Source of the DNA: Octopus vulgaris
Taxonomy: Eukaryota
Reading direction: 5' to 3'
Length of the DNA: 64,000 nt
NCBI GenBank assembly: GCA_951406725.2
Contig: OX597816.1
Location: 47,988,001 to 48,052,000, forward strand
A program made the translations under genes and the position numbers. The notes below the pieces were generated by a model. It saw only the letters and a list, made by a program, of their open reading frames with translations, made no database searches and was not told where the DNA came from. Shown one piece after another: positions 22,800-36,577 of this stretch. The first letter of the stretch is position 1. Each line of letters opens with the position of its first letter.

Positions 22800-25700
22800 A
22801 ATGTGTTTGATTTCATGGCTTGTGATTTTAATGGATATGTTTGACAGCGTCAGCTTCTATGGTTAACTCAGAAGATATGATGTGGTCTATGAAATGAGGA
22901 GAGATCAAGGCTCCTTAAGTTCTCTGATGCAAATGTACTAAGCTAACCAACTGAAGCCCCATCTTCAGGAAATCAACCAGCTACTTGATCACCTGTCTAT
23001 CAGATGAACGTAGAAACCAAATTGACTGTTTATTCACCTGGAAAATGGATAGATAAGTGAGTGTGAATAGTATTTTTTTTTTTTTTTCGCCCTGTGAAAA
23101 GTGTACCATCCAATATGAATTAGTGATTACTCTTTTACTCTTTTACTTATTTCAGTCATTTGACAGTGGCCATGCTGGAGCACCACCTTTAGTCAAGCAA
23201 ATCGAGCCCAGGACTTATTCTTCGTAAGCCCAGTACTTATTTTATCAGTCTCTTTTGCCGAACCGCTAAGTTACGGGGGATGTAAACACACCAGCATTGG
23301 TTGTCAAGCGATTTTGGGGAGGACAAACACAGACACACAAACAAATATACACACACACATATATATACATATATACGATGGGCCTCTTTCAGTTTCCGTC
23401 TACCAAATCCACTCACACGGCTTTGGTCGGCCCAAGGCTATAGTAGAAGACACTTGCCCAAGGTGCCATGCAGTGGGAATGAACCGAGAACCATGTGGTT
23501 TGTAAGCAAACTACTTACCACACAGCCGCTCCTATGTGATTAGTAACTTCAGAAAAAATGTTAGATGGAACAAGAGACTATAAAAACAATGTAGTGAAGG
23601 AGAATATGGAGACTGAAAGGGCTATCAACCAGCAACAGATTTCGAGGTGTATTAATTGGTACATATGACGAGATGGGGAGGAAATAGGGGAAAGGGTAAC
23701 TTCCAGTTGATCATGTGTTATAGATTTCTGTTTCCTCCTCCAGAAACATCAATTAATAGTTCTTGTGGAATACCAGAATGAAAGACCAAAGAAAGAAAGA
23801 AAGAAAGACCAAAGACATGAGGCTTTCCAGATTTCAGAGCAGTGTGCTTTGAGAAAATCAAAATGTCATTAGGTATGACATCTTGTGTTGCACCTGAGCA
23901 GTTGTGGTGCACCTGAGCACTGTATACAATAATTTCATTATTATTATTTTTTTTATCTTGGTTCAGCCTGGTAGCAGGGCATCGGCTGGTACTGATGTTG
24001 AAAAGAAAGAGGCATGGTTGTTGTTGTTGTTAAGCAACATGACGGGTAAGGGTGATTAGGTGATGGTGAGACCCCAGACCTTGGAAAAAAAAAACAAACT
24101 TTGGTCGTCTTGTTGTAGTCAAGGGCTCTTTGTTGACGGCTGACACTACTGGGAAGTGGCCCTCGATGTCGCTGGAAATGGAGATCTCCAGGTTCAAATT
24201 CTTGAATGGCAGAGGCATGGAAGAGCCATAACAAGAAGTTGTTGAATAAGGAAAATGCATGGAAAAACAAGGGCCTACCTCAAATAGAGCACATGGTGGG
24301 AACTGTTATTCAAGTTGACGGCAATATGGTAGATGGAGTGATTAAGAATATCAAGGCAAGTAAAGCACCTTGTGTATAAGAAAATACTGCTGAGATACTT
24401 AAAATGTGTGAAGTGGATCATAGGTCAGCTATCCACATAGTCAACCAGGTAGTACAGGGAGGGGGAAGTGTGCTGTACCCAGTACCTGACATAGCAATGA
24501 CATTGACAACAACTACAAGGGCAAAGGAAATGCACAGGAAAAAGAAAAGCAGTGAAGCCCAAATTGTTGAACCAGGTTATTGAAAGTATTATAGCTCAAA
24601 TGATTAGGAAGAAAATCAATTTAGATGAAATAAGATTTTGTTTCCTGCCAGAGGGATATACTGCTGTTGTTATCTAAATAATGAGACAGCTGTAAGAGAA
24701 ATACTTAACTATGGTTGATATTTATCAAAGTTGAAAAGACCTTGGACAAGATTTCCGGTTCTGTGATCTGGTGATTACAGAGGCGGCTTGGATACATAAA
24801 TGGTTTGAGAGAACAGCTGTACAAATGATATACAGAGGCTCAGTAATGAGTTCAAAATACCCCAAATAGTGCCCATGGTTGGAATTGTTATTCAAGTTGA
24901 CAGCAGCATTGTAGATGGAGTGATTAAGAATGTCAAGGCAAGGAAAGCACCTTGTGTATAAGAAATTACTGCTGAGACACTTGAAATATGTGGTGAAGTA
25001 GATCATAGGCTAGTTATCCTCATAGTCAACCAAGATTTTAGGATTCAGGTAGGGTACCAGCAGTGCTCAATCCTCAGTCTCAATCGGCTCTTTATTGTCC
25101 TCCAAGCTATAAGTGAAAAGTTTAAGACCAGCTGTCCATGTGAATTCCTGTGTGCTGATAACCTAGTTCTTTTAGCTGAATCAGTAGTGGCTTTAAAGAA
25201 GAAATTCAATATGTAGAAGCAAAATCTAGAATTGAGTGAGTCAGTGTAAACTTAGCAAAGACTAAAGTATTAATAAATAAGAGATACCATAGAATAATCG
25301 AATAATAGATTCTATCAAAAGCATGGAAGGATACCTAAAAGTAGTTGAAAGCTTTTGCTATCTAGCTTATTTAATTAGCAGTGAAGTGGGTGTTCTAAAA
25401 GCTTAGTAGCCAGAGTGAGAACAGAATAAGAAAGTTCAGAGAGCTTTTACCTCTGCTGGCAGCACAAAGTTTCCTGCTCAGATTAAATGGCAGATTATTT
25501 GACACTTGAGTACGAAGTGCAATATTGAAAGTAGCAAGATGTGGGCCTTTAATAAAGAGGATTTGCAAAGATTAAAAAGAAATGAAGTGAATATTATACA
25601 CCCTGCATGCTTTCTAGAATGTGTGATATTAGTGTGTGTGATTAATACATGAATGGGTAAAGAAAAAAATTATTTTCAAGTGAGAGTTGGTAAATGAGTT

Positions 25701-26010
25701 CAGTGACAATTTTAGTGTAAGAGTAAAGTCCTTTCTCCTAAACACAACATTAGATGTTGCATGTAAAGGAGATGATTACAATGATTTGGGCATGAGATAG
25801 ATATGGAGGAGGGAAACTGTATAAAGAAATGCTACATTAAAGTGAATGTAACCTATAGAAAAGAGAGACTGAGAAGGAGTTGGGATGAGGTAGTGAAGAC
25901 TAATCTCAAGATATTGCACCATTACAAAAGAGATGACAAAAGAACATAGAGATTGGTGTTACACAATGCTGAAAAAGATTCATCTACCTGGGTTAGTATG
26001 GTAAACTGAA
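22800..26010 (+). mobile_element. Old, fragmented RTE LINE (APE endonuclease to RT C-terminus)
   Basis: Decayed DFNG..NEE..RLLKF..QID at 22800-23060, KAP motif near 24360 and 24945, RT segment 25040-25950 homologous to 7092-8100; interrupted by a SINE. Confidence 0.7.
23129..23533 (-). mobile_element. SINE family A
   Basis: Consensus match; gtgatta on both flanks is a likely target duplication. Confidence 0.9.
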
Positions 26011-26099
26011 AGCAAAACTGGGGACATTGGAGGCTGAGAGTTATAGCCAGTAGAAACACCTCAACCTGAACTTGCTGTAGTAGTTCATATTCTAGGGTA

Positions 26100-27005
26100 C
26101 ACAGTGTTTCTCTACTGCATTTTCATTAAGCTTTTATAGTATCAGACCAAAAGCTCCTTCCTGTCATGCTTCCCTGATGAGTTCAAGAGAACAAGGAACA
26201 GCTCTTGATGTAAATAAAGTTCAGTAGAAACCTGGAGAATGTTTTGGATACAAAACTGAAGAAAATCTTGCTCTCCATTCTGAGGAAGAAGACGATACAA
26301 CATTTGTTGATTTTCTCAACACTTTTGTTTCTGGGTATGTATACCCCTTCAGTATACTTTAATATCCAGGCAACATTCCCTCTCCTGAAAATTACTTTCA
26401 GGGACTTCCAAAGTTGATGGTATAACTTTGGATAGTTTTTGCAAAACTTGTAAGAGACTTCACTTGAACCTGGTGCTGAGTTATTTCTTGCTCTTCTTAC
26501 TATTTTCACTTCTCTAAGGCAAGACTCCTCTCAGCTGAATTCGAGTGCTGGTACTGGTGAAGTTATAAGTACCTTGTTCAAACCCGGCAGTTAATCTCTC
26601 ACGCTCTTTCTCTTACTGTCATTGTAAATACCCATGAGATGCTCATTAATGGTGTCTTTGAAACAGGTTATTTCAACTAGTCCTCTTCAGATTGTGGAGC
26701 TGCTTTGTCAAGCTGTAAGATTTATCCAGCATTGTGTCCCTATTCCTTGCCCCCTCCCTTCATCTCATTCCATGGTTCTCTGGTGTCATCAATAACAAGA
26801 GCTCCTTCCTGCAGGTTGTCCAAAGATTTGTGAGACCAGTCTTTTCAAACTCCTATGCTTCTTGAGCAACTTAAATTAATTCCTGAGACACTAGATTGTC
26901 ATTGTCCCATAGTTTGCTGTCTATGCTGATGGTATGAATTTGGTCTCCACTGTCCCAAAATACTCAACAGCAAAGTTCACTAAGATGATGCTCATACAAT
27001 TCTGT
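26100..27005 (-). mobile_element. Degenerate Hero/R2-group non-LTR RT fragment
   Basis: ORF 26183..26509: VRRARNNSAPG..YK..LWKSLKVIFRRG..EGVYIP..ESKIFFS. Confidence 0.7.
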
Positions 27006-27070
27006 AAGTACATATCTATCTGTCTGTCTGTCCGTCAATTTATCTATCTATACACATACATGCATACATC

Positions 27071-27126
<56 letters not shown>

Positions 27127-27129
27127 TAC

Positions 27130-27703
27130 ATTTACTACATCTGCTCTTTCTATCCTTCTCTGTACATTGGTCAAATGGGATGCCACTTGGCTGACTGGTT
27201 TGTGGAGCACCTCTGAGACATTAGACTTGGCAATGACAACCTGGCCCTGTGCCATTTCCGGTGTATCAGTCATTCATTACAACACCTGTCTGTGTTCGCA
27301 TTGTCTTTGCACAGGGGCCATCTGGACTCCCACCTTTGCCATGAACAGGACTTAATCTTATCTCTTCACTCCTTTGCACCACATGAGCTCAACTTCCTCC
27401 CCTCTTCATCTGATTTCCCTCCTTTCCTCTTTTCATCCAATACCAACTTCCTCTCTTCACTCCTACCCATTTTCTGCTTTCATTGATACCCCCTCCATCC
27501 ACACCCCACACCAAACATCCCCTTCCTACATACCCCATCCCTATCCCATATCTTCACCCACCCCCACACCCCAACACCCCCACACCACTCCACTGCACCA
27601 CATCACACCACACCACACCACTCCACAAACGCTAGCACTGACCACTTCCCAGTACCCACACCATCATCCACACACCCACACATTACAGATGCACACACAC
27701 ACA

Positions 27704-27744
<41 letters not shown>

Positions 27745-28080
27745 CCACACGTTAAAGTCACCAGCCCCTATTCACATGCACACACTTACACACTCTCACA
27801 TACACACACCTTCGTTTTGGGATCTCCAGTATTTTATTATCTCCCCTTCTTCCTAGCTTTCCCGTCTAACTACCTTTGTCCAACCAGTCACCATAATTGA
27901 CCATCAACTCCAAAAGTTTTTTTTATATTCTCTCTCTGTTTATTTCCTCATGTTCCTAAATGTTGAAGGGAATAAGCTTGAGACGTAAAAGACTTTCTCA
28001 CCTTTCTGAGCATCAAACTAATACACCTGCTTATTGTTTATACACCTGTCTTTTTCTTTTGTTTTTCTGTAGTAAATTTC

Positions 28081-28085
<5 letters not shown>
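27130..28085 (+). mobile_element. Penelope-like element 3' end with decayed GIY-YIG endonuclease
   Basis: Reads IYYICSFYPSLYIGQMGCHLADWFVEHL*DIR...HF...HS...EQDLILSLHSFAPHELN. Confidence 0.8.
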
Positions 28086-28140
<55 letters not shown>

Positions 28141-28432
28141 AGAGTAAATAATTTCTATAAAGGCTTTTAAAAAAACCCAATTATTTACTGGTAGAATTCG
28201 GTATGTAAATATAGCCGATTACCGGCAGGAACTTCTGTAAAGTTCAGTATATATATTGTATATAAGAAAAAGGGACAGGCAAAACAGGTTGCTTGACCGC
28301 ATACCGAAAAAATAGAAATAGCAGTCAAGAATGCTTATTTCTATCAAAGTTGGACTCCGGGCATGACAGACCCTGTAATTCACATATGCAAAACAGAAGG
28401 AATAGATAACGAATACGAAGTCTGGCGGTTAT

Positions 28433-28545
28433 CTGTGAACATCATGTTTCTGGATTATAAACATATTGAATATATATTCCATATATATTTTTGATATATA
28501 TTTCATATACATTGCATATATATTTCACATCCTTCTTCAGCACAG
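28433..28545 (-). ncRNA. Hammerhead ribozyme, inverted copy
   Basis: Reverse complement of 28862-28974. Confidence 0.65.
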
Positions 28546-28861
28546 CTTTCCATTGAAAAAGATTTATCATAGATTTATCAAATGCTACGTACCTCAAACC
28601 TTCTGACCATGCGACATCAAAATATTTGAAGAAAGTGAGCAAAAGCTAAACCTACATAGACGTTTGAATTCATAAATCTTCCCTGTAATTCACATATGCA
28701 AAACAGAATGGCAAAATTTTGGAGGGAAGATTTATAAATTCAAACGTCTATGTAGGTTTAGCTTTTGCTCACTTTCTTCAAATATTTTGATGTCGCATGG
28801 TCAGAAGGTTTGAGGTACGTAGCATTTGATAAATCTATGATAAATCTTTTTCAATGGAAAG

Positions 28862-28974
28862 CTGTGCTGAAGAAGGATGTGAAATATATATGCAATGTAT
28901 ATGAAATATATATCAAAAATATATATGGAATATATATTCAATATGTTTATAATCCAGAAACATGATGTTCACAG
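28862..28974 (+). ncRNA. Type I hammerhead ribozyme, intact core
   Basis: ctgtg-CTGAAGA-aggat...atcca-GAAA-catgatg-TT-cacag. Confidence 0.7.
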
Positions 28975-29505
28975 ATAACCGCCAGACTTCGTATTCGTTA
29001 TCTATTCCTTCTGTTTTGCATATGTGAATTACAGGGTCTGTCATGCCCGGAGTCCAACTTTGATAGAAATAAGCATTCTTGACTGCTGTTTCTATTTTTT
29101 CGGTATGCGGTCAAGCAACCTGTTTTGCCTGTCCCTTTTTCTTATATACAATATACATACTGAACTTTACAGAAGTTCCTGCCGGTAATCGGCTATATTT
29201 ACATACCGAATTCTACCAGTAAATAATTGGGGTTTTTTTAAAAGCCTTTATAGAAATTATTTACTCTTATTATTATATTACTATTTGGATTTTTCACTCC
29301 CTTTGACAACCTAATTGTTCCCCATCTTATGGAACTATTTTTGTAATGCGCATGGCAAAATTTTGGAGGGAAGATTTATGAATTCAAACGTCTATGTAGG
29401 TTTAGCTTTTGCTCACTTTCTTCAAATATTTTGATGTCGCATGGTCAGAAGGTTTGAGGTACGTAGCATTTGATAAATCTATGATAAATCTTTTTCAATG
29501 GAAAG

Positions 29506-29608
29506 CTGTGCTGAAGAATATATATGCAATGTATATGAAATATATATCAAAAATATATATGGAATATATATTCAATATGTTTATAATCCAGAAACATGAT
29601 GTTCACAG
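29506..29608 (+). ncRNA. Hammerhead copy with a 10-nt deletion of the stem II 5' arm
   Basis: Same motif as 28862-28974 but lacking aggatgtgaa. Confidence 0.5.
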
Positions 29609-29784
29609 ATAACCGCCAGACTTCGTATTCGTTATCTATTCCTTCTGTTTTGCATATGTGAATTACAGGGTCTGTCATGCCCGGAGTCCAACTTTGATAG
29701 AAATAAGCATTCTTGACTGCTATTTCTATTTTTTCGGTATGCGGTCAAGCAACCTGTTCTTATATATATATATATATATATGTA

Positions 29785-30167
29785 CTAACAGAGACACCCA
29801 GCATTGCTCGGGATTAAAATGGCATAGTTTGTATATAATATATTACAGTTATGTTGAAACAGGTAATATGGGAAAGTGCAGCGTTGACAACAAAACATTT
29901 GTGGAGTAAATGATGGGCTATGCATCTGTTTGGAGTATTTCAGACCCTAACCTAGGTGGGTGGGGGGTTTTATGAATTTTGAACACACCGAGAAGCTGTC
30001 AGTAGATATACTCTCTTTTGCAGCAGTCAGCACTGTGTCTAACACAACCCATCATCTGAAATGTTGACACCCACTTCGGGTTTGGTGTCCTACATCACTC
30101 ATAAAGTAAATTTGGAGGAACTGTGGTTGTTCATTTATGGGTAACAGGGAACCAATTTAGTGATAGA
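29785..30167 (-). mobile_element. Non-autonomous Helitron-like element
   Basis: Hairpin cccagcattgctcggg close to a (C/T)TAG end; tagat at the other end. Confidence 0.5.
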
Positions 30168-30215
30168 TGTATGTATTTATGAAAATATTTGCTCAGGAGT
30201 GTTGATATACATATA

Positions 30216-30769
30216 CACTGACATGCAGGAAGTAAATAGACACATTTTAATTTTCAAAACCTTTTATTTGATATTAATTGGTTAAAGGAAAGGTTGTCTT
30301 CTAGCTGCTTGTCCATAATACCCAAGCTTATGCTGATATGTAATACATGTTCTTGGACTAACTTCTAGCTGTTTCGCAATGTCAGAAGCCTTCGAACGGT
30401 GCTCGTCTTCCACAATTCTCTTCAGAGAGCGAAGCTTCTTTTCCGAGGGCCCAGGTCAGCCAGGACAAGAATCTGTTGATTCTTTTCCTTGGCTTTTGAA
30501 TTGCACTATAATTCTATTAACCGTAGCAAGAGGAATTTGAAGATTTTCGGCAATTTTTCGCTGGCTAAGACCTGCCTCAGATTGCCCAACAATATGACAT
30601 GACCTCTTTGAAGATCTGACAGTTGTACTGAGGTTTTTATGCGTGGCATGGTTACTCTTCGCAAATGTTTAATATAATGGCACTTGGAATGAAAAAGAAT
30701 GATTACATTGTAAATTCTACTCCGATGAAAGCATATTAAAGGTGTCTATTTACTTCCTGCATGTCTGTG
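30216..30769 (-). mobile_element. Internally deleted Tc1-like transposon
   Basis: ~35-bp TIRs cac(t/a)gacatgcaggaagtaaatagacac, TA on both sides; decayed [41 protein letters not shown]. Confidence 0.85.
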
Positions 30770-30794
30770 TATGTCTATTCGTTTATATCTGTCC

Positions 30795-31156
<362 letters not shown>

Positions 31157-31504
31157 GTGGTTAGAGGTTGGTGGGTTGTCTAATGTAAATATGTAGGCAT
31201 GTATGTAAGAATACAGATGTATTCAAGTATGCGTGGTCTGTGTACAAGTGTGCACATGCTCAAAAACATGCCTTGCAATGGGGGAATGAGGTGTGAGGTG
31301 GAGTAGGAGGTAAAAGAAAACAGATTATCATTGAAACTATATTTCCATTCAACCATTCAATTGTTGGTATTGAGCTGTTCACATCAGAATTCACGACTTT
31401 CTTTTCAGAATACAATAGAGGAATAAATTCTTTTGCAAAGTGCTTATTACAAATTGTATGTATATAATATTTCAAAAAAATGAATTAATAAATAATAGTA
31501 ACAG

Positions 31505-31561
31505 TAATAATGATGGTGGTGGTAGTGGTGTTGGTGGTGGTGGTTTTGGTAGTGGCAGTGG

Positions 31562-31592
<31 letters not shown>

Positions 31593-31846
31593 GGTGTTGG
31601 TGGTGGTGGTGGTGTTGGTGGTTTTGGTGGTGGTGGTGGTGGTGGTGGTGGCGGCGGTGATGGCGGCAGTGATGATGATGGTGTTGGTGGTGGTGATGGT
31701 GGTGGTGATGGTGGTGGTGGTGGTGGTGGTTTTGGTGGTTGCGGTGGTGATGATGATGATGATGATTGTGGTGGTAGTGGTGTTGGTGGTGGTGGTTTTG
31801 GTGGTGGTGGTGATGGTGGTGGTGGTGGTGGTGGTGGTGGTGGTAG

Positions 31847-31879
<33 letters not shown>

Positions 31880-31945
31880 TGATGATGATGATGGTGGTGG
31901 TGGTGGTGGTGGTGGTGATGATGATGATGATGATGATGATGATAT
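31505..31945. repeat. (GGT)n/(GAT)n trinucleotide tract
   Basis: Direct reading; contains an internal block duplication. Confidence 0.95.
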
Positions 31946-32439
31946 GAAGAAGAAGATGAAGCAAAAAAAATATACAACTTAGCTTAACAAAAGATCAGAA
32001 GGATAACCTATATGCAGATAATGTATGCAGATATAACCTCTGCTCTGACATTGTTTGGAGAATAAGTTCCATAAAGTTTTATATACTATTCGAATGGTTT
32101 TTGAAAACCTGATAAAGTAGTTTTAACCTTTCATATTGTCCGCATTTTGGTGCCGAATATAAATGTTTCATTTATGTAATTTTTTATATTCAATCATTCT
32201 TCACTCATTCATTCTTTTATTCATCCTGGTATTGTTTTTACTAAAATAAATTTGTAGGATTGTGTTTTGTTTATTTTATCTATTTATCTGTTTATATATT
32301 TATTTATCTATTTATTGCCAAAATTTGGATATGTATGTATGAGGTTAACTGAAGTGAGAAGACTATACAAAGCTGTTATCTTTGCCAAAAAAAAAAAAGA
32401 ATAGCAAAACCCAATTCTCATATTATTTATTTTTATTTA

Positions 32440-32747
32440 TGCGCCCTTTTCAAGCCTAGCCAGGCTCATGGGCCCGGTTTCCCGGTTTCTATGGCGTATG
32501 TGTTCCCCTTGCCAGCTGGACGGGACGCCAGTCCATTGCAGCGTTACTCAAGAAACAGGAAGAAAGAGTGAGAGAAAGTTAGGGCAAAAGAGTACAACAG
32601 GGGTTGCCACCACCCCCTGCCAGAGCCTCATGGAGCTTTAGGTGTTCTCACTCAATAATCACACATAACACCCGGTCTGGGAATCGAAACCGCGATCCTC
32701 CGACCGCAAGTCCGCTGCCCTAACCACTGGGCCAATGCAGCTCCACA
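32440..32747 (-). mobile_element. tRNA-derived SINE (family C-related)
   Basis: Minus-strand head ggcccagtggttagggcagcggac...ggtttcgattccc. Confidence 0.75.
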
Positions 32748-33583
32748 ATTCTCATATTACTGACTATAACTGAATGCTTGTGGCCTAGTGGTTAAGATGT
32801 TGCACTCATGATTGTGAGATCATGGGTTCGATTCTCAGACCAGGCAGGGCATTGTGTTTTTGAATAAAACATTTTGTTCTGCAATCACTTTAACATCTGA
32901 CACATGGCACACCATGTTCAGACAACATCAGTTTGATGGAAAGAGTGAGCCAATGTACAACGCAAATATTTGATCACTGTAAACAAATCATCTGTGCAAA
33001 GTTGCTCAACAAGAAATTGCAAAACTGTATTTCTTAGTTCAAGAGACAATTATTATTACTGATTGTAACTATTTCCCCTTAGTCCTTGCATTTTTTGCCA
33101 GTCTTCTCTGAGGTTGTATCTATTTTGATGCGTGTTCATATAGGAAAAAAAAACTGTTTCTTTTCTTTTAATCAGAAGGCAAGGTAGTGCCTGTATACTT
33201 TTTACAGGGTCTCTGAACTCTGTAAATTCTCCAGAATTTTCAACTAGTATGACTGTCTCATTTAAAATAAGACATCTATAATGACTTGGTAGCCACTTTT
33301 TTTCTGTCTTCTAAGCGTATTTATCCAATCTTCTAAGTTGTTTTTCAATTATTCTGTGTTCGAGATTGTCTTTATTTTCTGTAGCATACCAATTCATTCA
33401 GCACTTGTAAGATTGTTTATAAATATATATATATGTACTCTTTTACTCTTTTACTTGTTTCAGTTGATAAATTAAGTACTAGTAAAATACTGGGGGTTGA
33501 TGTATTTGACAAGTCCCCTCCCCCAAATTTCAGGCCTTGTGTCTTTAGTAGAAAGAATTATTATTATTATTATTATTATTATT

Positions 33584-34137
33584 GAGTGAGAGAGCAGTTC
33601 ATGCCATCAAAGTGACACTGGGGTAAAATATACGAAGCCCAATATACCCATCATGACTACCCGTCTGATAAAGGTACACCAGGCACATGCATCACAACCA
33701 TATGTGCGCGACATGGTGATCTCATATCAAGATAAACAGCACATGACCTTGCAGGTGGGGCCCAGTTAGAATTTTCTTCAGGTTGAGTAGCCCATCCTGC
33801 TCAAACGGTCCCTGAATAAGGGTTGCTTTAGGATGTTGAACGAAACACCTATGTTTCCAGAGGTGAACCATTCAAACTCCAAAGAATCCCTCTCAACACA
33901 TGGCCATGATGCTCCCCCACTACTTCTGCTCGTGATCAGAGATGCACATATCGTCAGCCACTAAGGGACATGCTCAACTGGTTAAGGTCAAACAACTGAC
34001 AAGCAAATCTGTGGTATTGAGCAGAATATTTGCTGTAGCCCATCTTTTATACCAAGACAAAACAATGTACATGATAACACTTCCAATCAGTTAAGATCAG
34101 AAGCCATGAGAGCCACTGCCTGGTACTGCATCAGGGC

Positions 34138-34139
<2 letters not shown>
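33584..34139. mobile_element. (ATT)n-inserted element, copy 2
   Basis: See 1929-2463. Confidence 0.8.
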
Positions 34140-34189
<50 letters not shown>

Positions 34190-34399
34190 ATGGCAAGCTG
34201 GCAGAATCGTTAGCACACTGGGCAGAATGCTTTGCAGAATTTCGTCTGCCACTATGTTCTGAGTTCAAATTCCACCGAGGTCAGCTTTGCCATTCATACT
34301 TTCAGGGTTGATAAATTAAGTATCAGTTGGACACTGAGATTGATGTGATTGACACATTCCTTCCCCCAAAATGGCAGGCCTTGTGGCAAAATTTGAAAC

Positions 34400-34432
<33 letters not shown>

Positions 34433-34485
34433 CATTATTATTGTTATTATTATTATTATTATTATTTATTATTATTATTATTACA

Positions 34486-34558
<73 letters not shown>

Positions 34559-34562
34559 AGTC

Positions 34563-34895
34563 AAAGCATATGGCTTAGTAGTTAGCACATTGATCCTATG
34601 ACTGTGAGGTTGTGAGTTTGAATCCCAAACCGGGCTGCGTGTTGTGTTCTTAAGCAAGACACTTTATTTCATGTTGCTCCAGTTCACTCAGCTGTAGAAA
34701 TGAGTTGCGACGTCACTGGTGCCAAGCAGTATCAGCCTTTGCCTTTTCCTTGGATGACATCGGTGGCACAGAGAGGGGAGGCTGGTATGCATGGGCAACT
34801 GCTGGTCCTCTATAAATAACCTTGCCCGGACTTGTGCCTTGGAGGGTAACTTTCTAGGTGCAATCCCAAGATCATTTGTGACCAAAGGGGGTCTC
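34563..34895 (+). mobile_element. SINE family C
   Basis: tggcttagtagttag head, gtgttcttaagcaagacacttta core. Confidence 0.75.
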
Positions 34896-35744
34896 CAAGT
34901 AGTAGTAGTAGTAGTAGTGTTACTTACAAAGCTACTGTTTCCATTTCAGAGACTTATGGTCAGCTGTGAGAACTCATGCGCTAACATTTCATATATGAAT
35001 ATTCAAATTGGTAAAATTTTAGTATAATAAAAGAAAAACACAAAAGAATATACAAAAAAAAAAATAGAATTTCTCAAACAGGAGAAAAGAAAAAGCAAAA
35101 AAAGAAGTAACATCTGTAACATTTTCAAGAAGAAATAAAATATGAAAAAAAAAAAAAAATTGCAGGTTTTGATTGAAATAATCATATTTGAAAAATACTG
35201 TCTTCTGTCAGGATTTTTAAATTAAAATTGAGAAATGTAAAACAAAAAACAAGAAAACAATGAAAGAAAGCAAAGAAGAAACAAGTAAAAGAAGTTGGGC
35301 TAAGTTTAATGTGCATCCTGCTGCCATTCCATTATATAATCAGAAGAAATATTTCATTCAATATTATTCAATATTAACAGCCAAAGAAAAAGTTTACAAA
35401 TGAAAACAAAGGAATATTATTTTTTTACATATGATGCAGGTATGGTTGTGTAGTTAAGAAATTCACATCTCATTCAGAACACAACCATAGAGATTATAAG
35501 TTCAATCTCACTGCACATCATGTATATCATCATCATCATCACTATCATCATAATCCTCTTCATTTAACATCTGTTCCCCATGCTGGCATGGGTTGGATGG
35601 TTTGACCAGAACTGGCTTAGCTAAGGAGCTGCACCAGCTCCAGTCTGTTTTGGCATTATTTGTATGGCTGGATGCTCTTTCTAACACCAACCACTTGACT
35701 GAGTGTGCTGGGTGATTTTATATACATAAATTCATACATCATAT

Positions 35745-35961
35745 ACTCTTTTGCTCTTTACTCTTTTACTTGTTTCAGTCATTTGGCTGTGGCCATGCTG
35801 GAGCACCACCTTTTGTTGAGCAAATCGCCCCCAGGACTTATTCTTTGCAAGCCTACTACTTATTCTATCGGTCTCTTTTGCTGAACCGCTAATTTACGGG
35901 GACGTAAACACACCAGCATCGGTTGTCAAGCAATGTTGGGTGGACAAACACAGACACACAA

Positions 35962-36014
<53 letters not shown>

Positions 36015-36171
36015 GCTTATTTCAGTTTCCGACTGCCAAATCCACTCACAAGGCTTTGGACGGCCCAAGGCTATAGTAGAAGACACCTGCCCATGGTACC
36101 ATGCAGTGGGACTGAACCCTGAACCATGTGTTTGGTAAGCAAGCTACTTACCACACAGCCACTCCTACGCC
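35745..36171 (-). mobile_element. SINE family A
   Basis: Consensus match. Confidence 0.9.
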
Positions 36172-36180
36172 TTATATATA

Positions 36181-36577
36181 TGAGGCAATGGCGAAGGACC
36201 GAGATCTCTGGAGATATGCTGTGACTGCAAAGACCCGGGCTGCTTTCTGCAGCAATTCCACATACCCCCTACCCATTCAAAGTACCCCGGATCCCCAAAG
36301 TACCCCGGACCCAGTTGCCCCCGTGCCGCTGGCACGTTAAAAGCTCGAACCGATCGTGACCGATGCCGGACCCCCGGCCCCTGTGCAGGTGGCACGTAAA
36401 AGCACCCAATCCACTCACGGAGTGGTTGGCGTTAGGAAGGGCATCCAGCCGTAGAAACTCTGCCAAATCAGACTGGAGCCTGGAGCGGCCCCTGGCTTCC
36501 CAGACCCCGGTCGAACCGTCCAACCCGTGCTAGCGCGGAAAACGGACGTTAAACGATGATGATGATGATGATGATGA
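36181..36577 (+). mobile_element. RTE LINE 3' end (different subfamily)
   Basis: EAMAKDRDLWRYAVTAKTR C-terminus, shared 3' UTR end, (gat)n tail. Confidence 0.85.

Larger units (their letters stand above)
28135..29757 (+). mobile_element. Penelope-like/retrozyme-like element: one inverted and two direct copies
   Basis: 28135-28683 is the near-perfect reverse complement of 28724-29272; direct unit starts at 28709 and 29353 (644 bp); (ta)n on both flanks. Confidence 0.85.

Noticed and set aside
28442-29612. Three copies of a 66-aa ORF (MLTFFKYFDV...)
   Set aside because: TTG start, AT-rich, overlaps the hammerhead and is frameshifted in the third copy; recurrence reflects the repeat structure
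31440-31982. Gly/Asp-rich 180-aa ORF and poly-His/Thr antisense ORFs
   Set aside because: Trinucleotide microsatellite that is open in most frames; no other coding evidence
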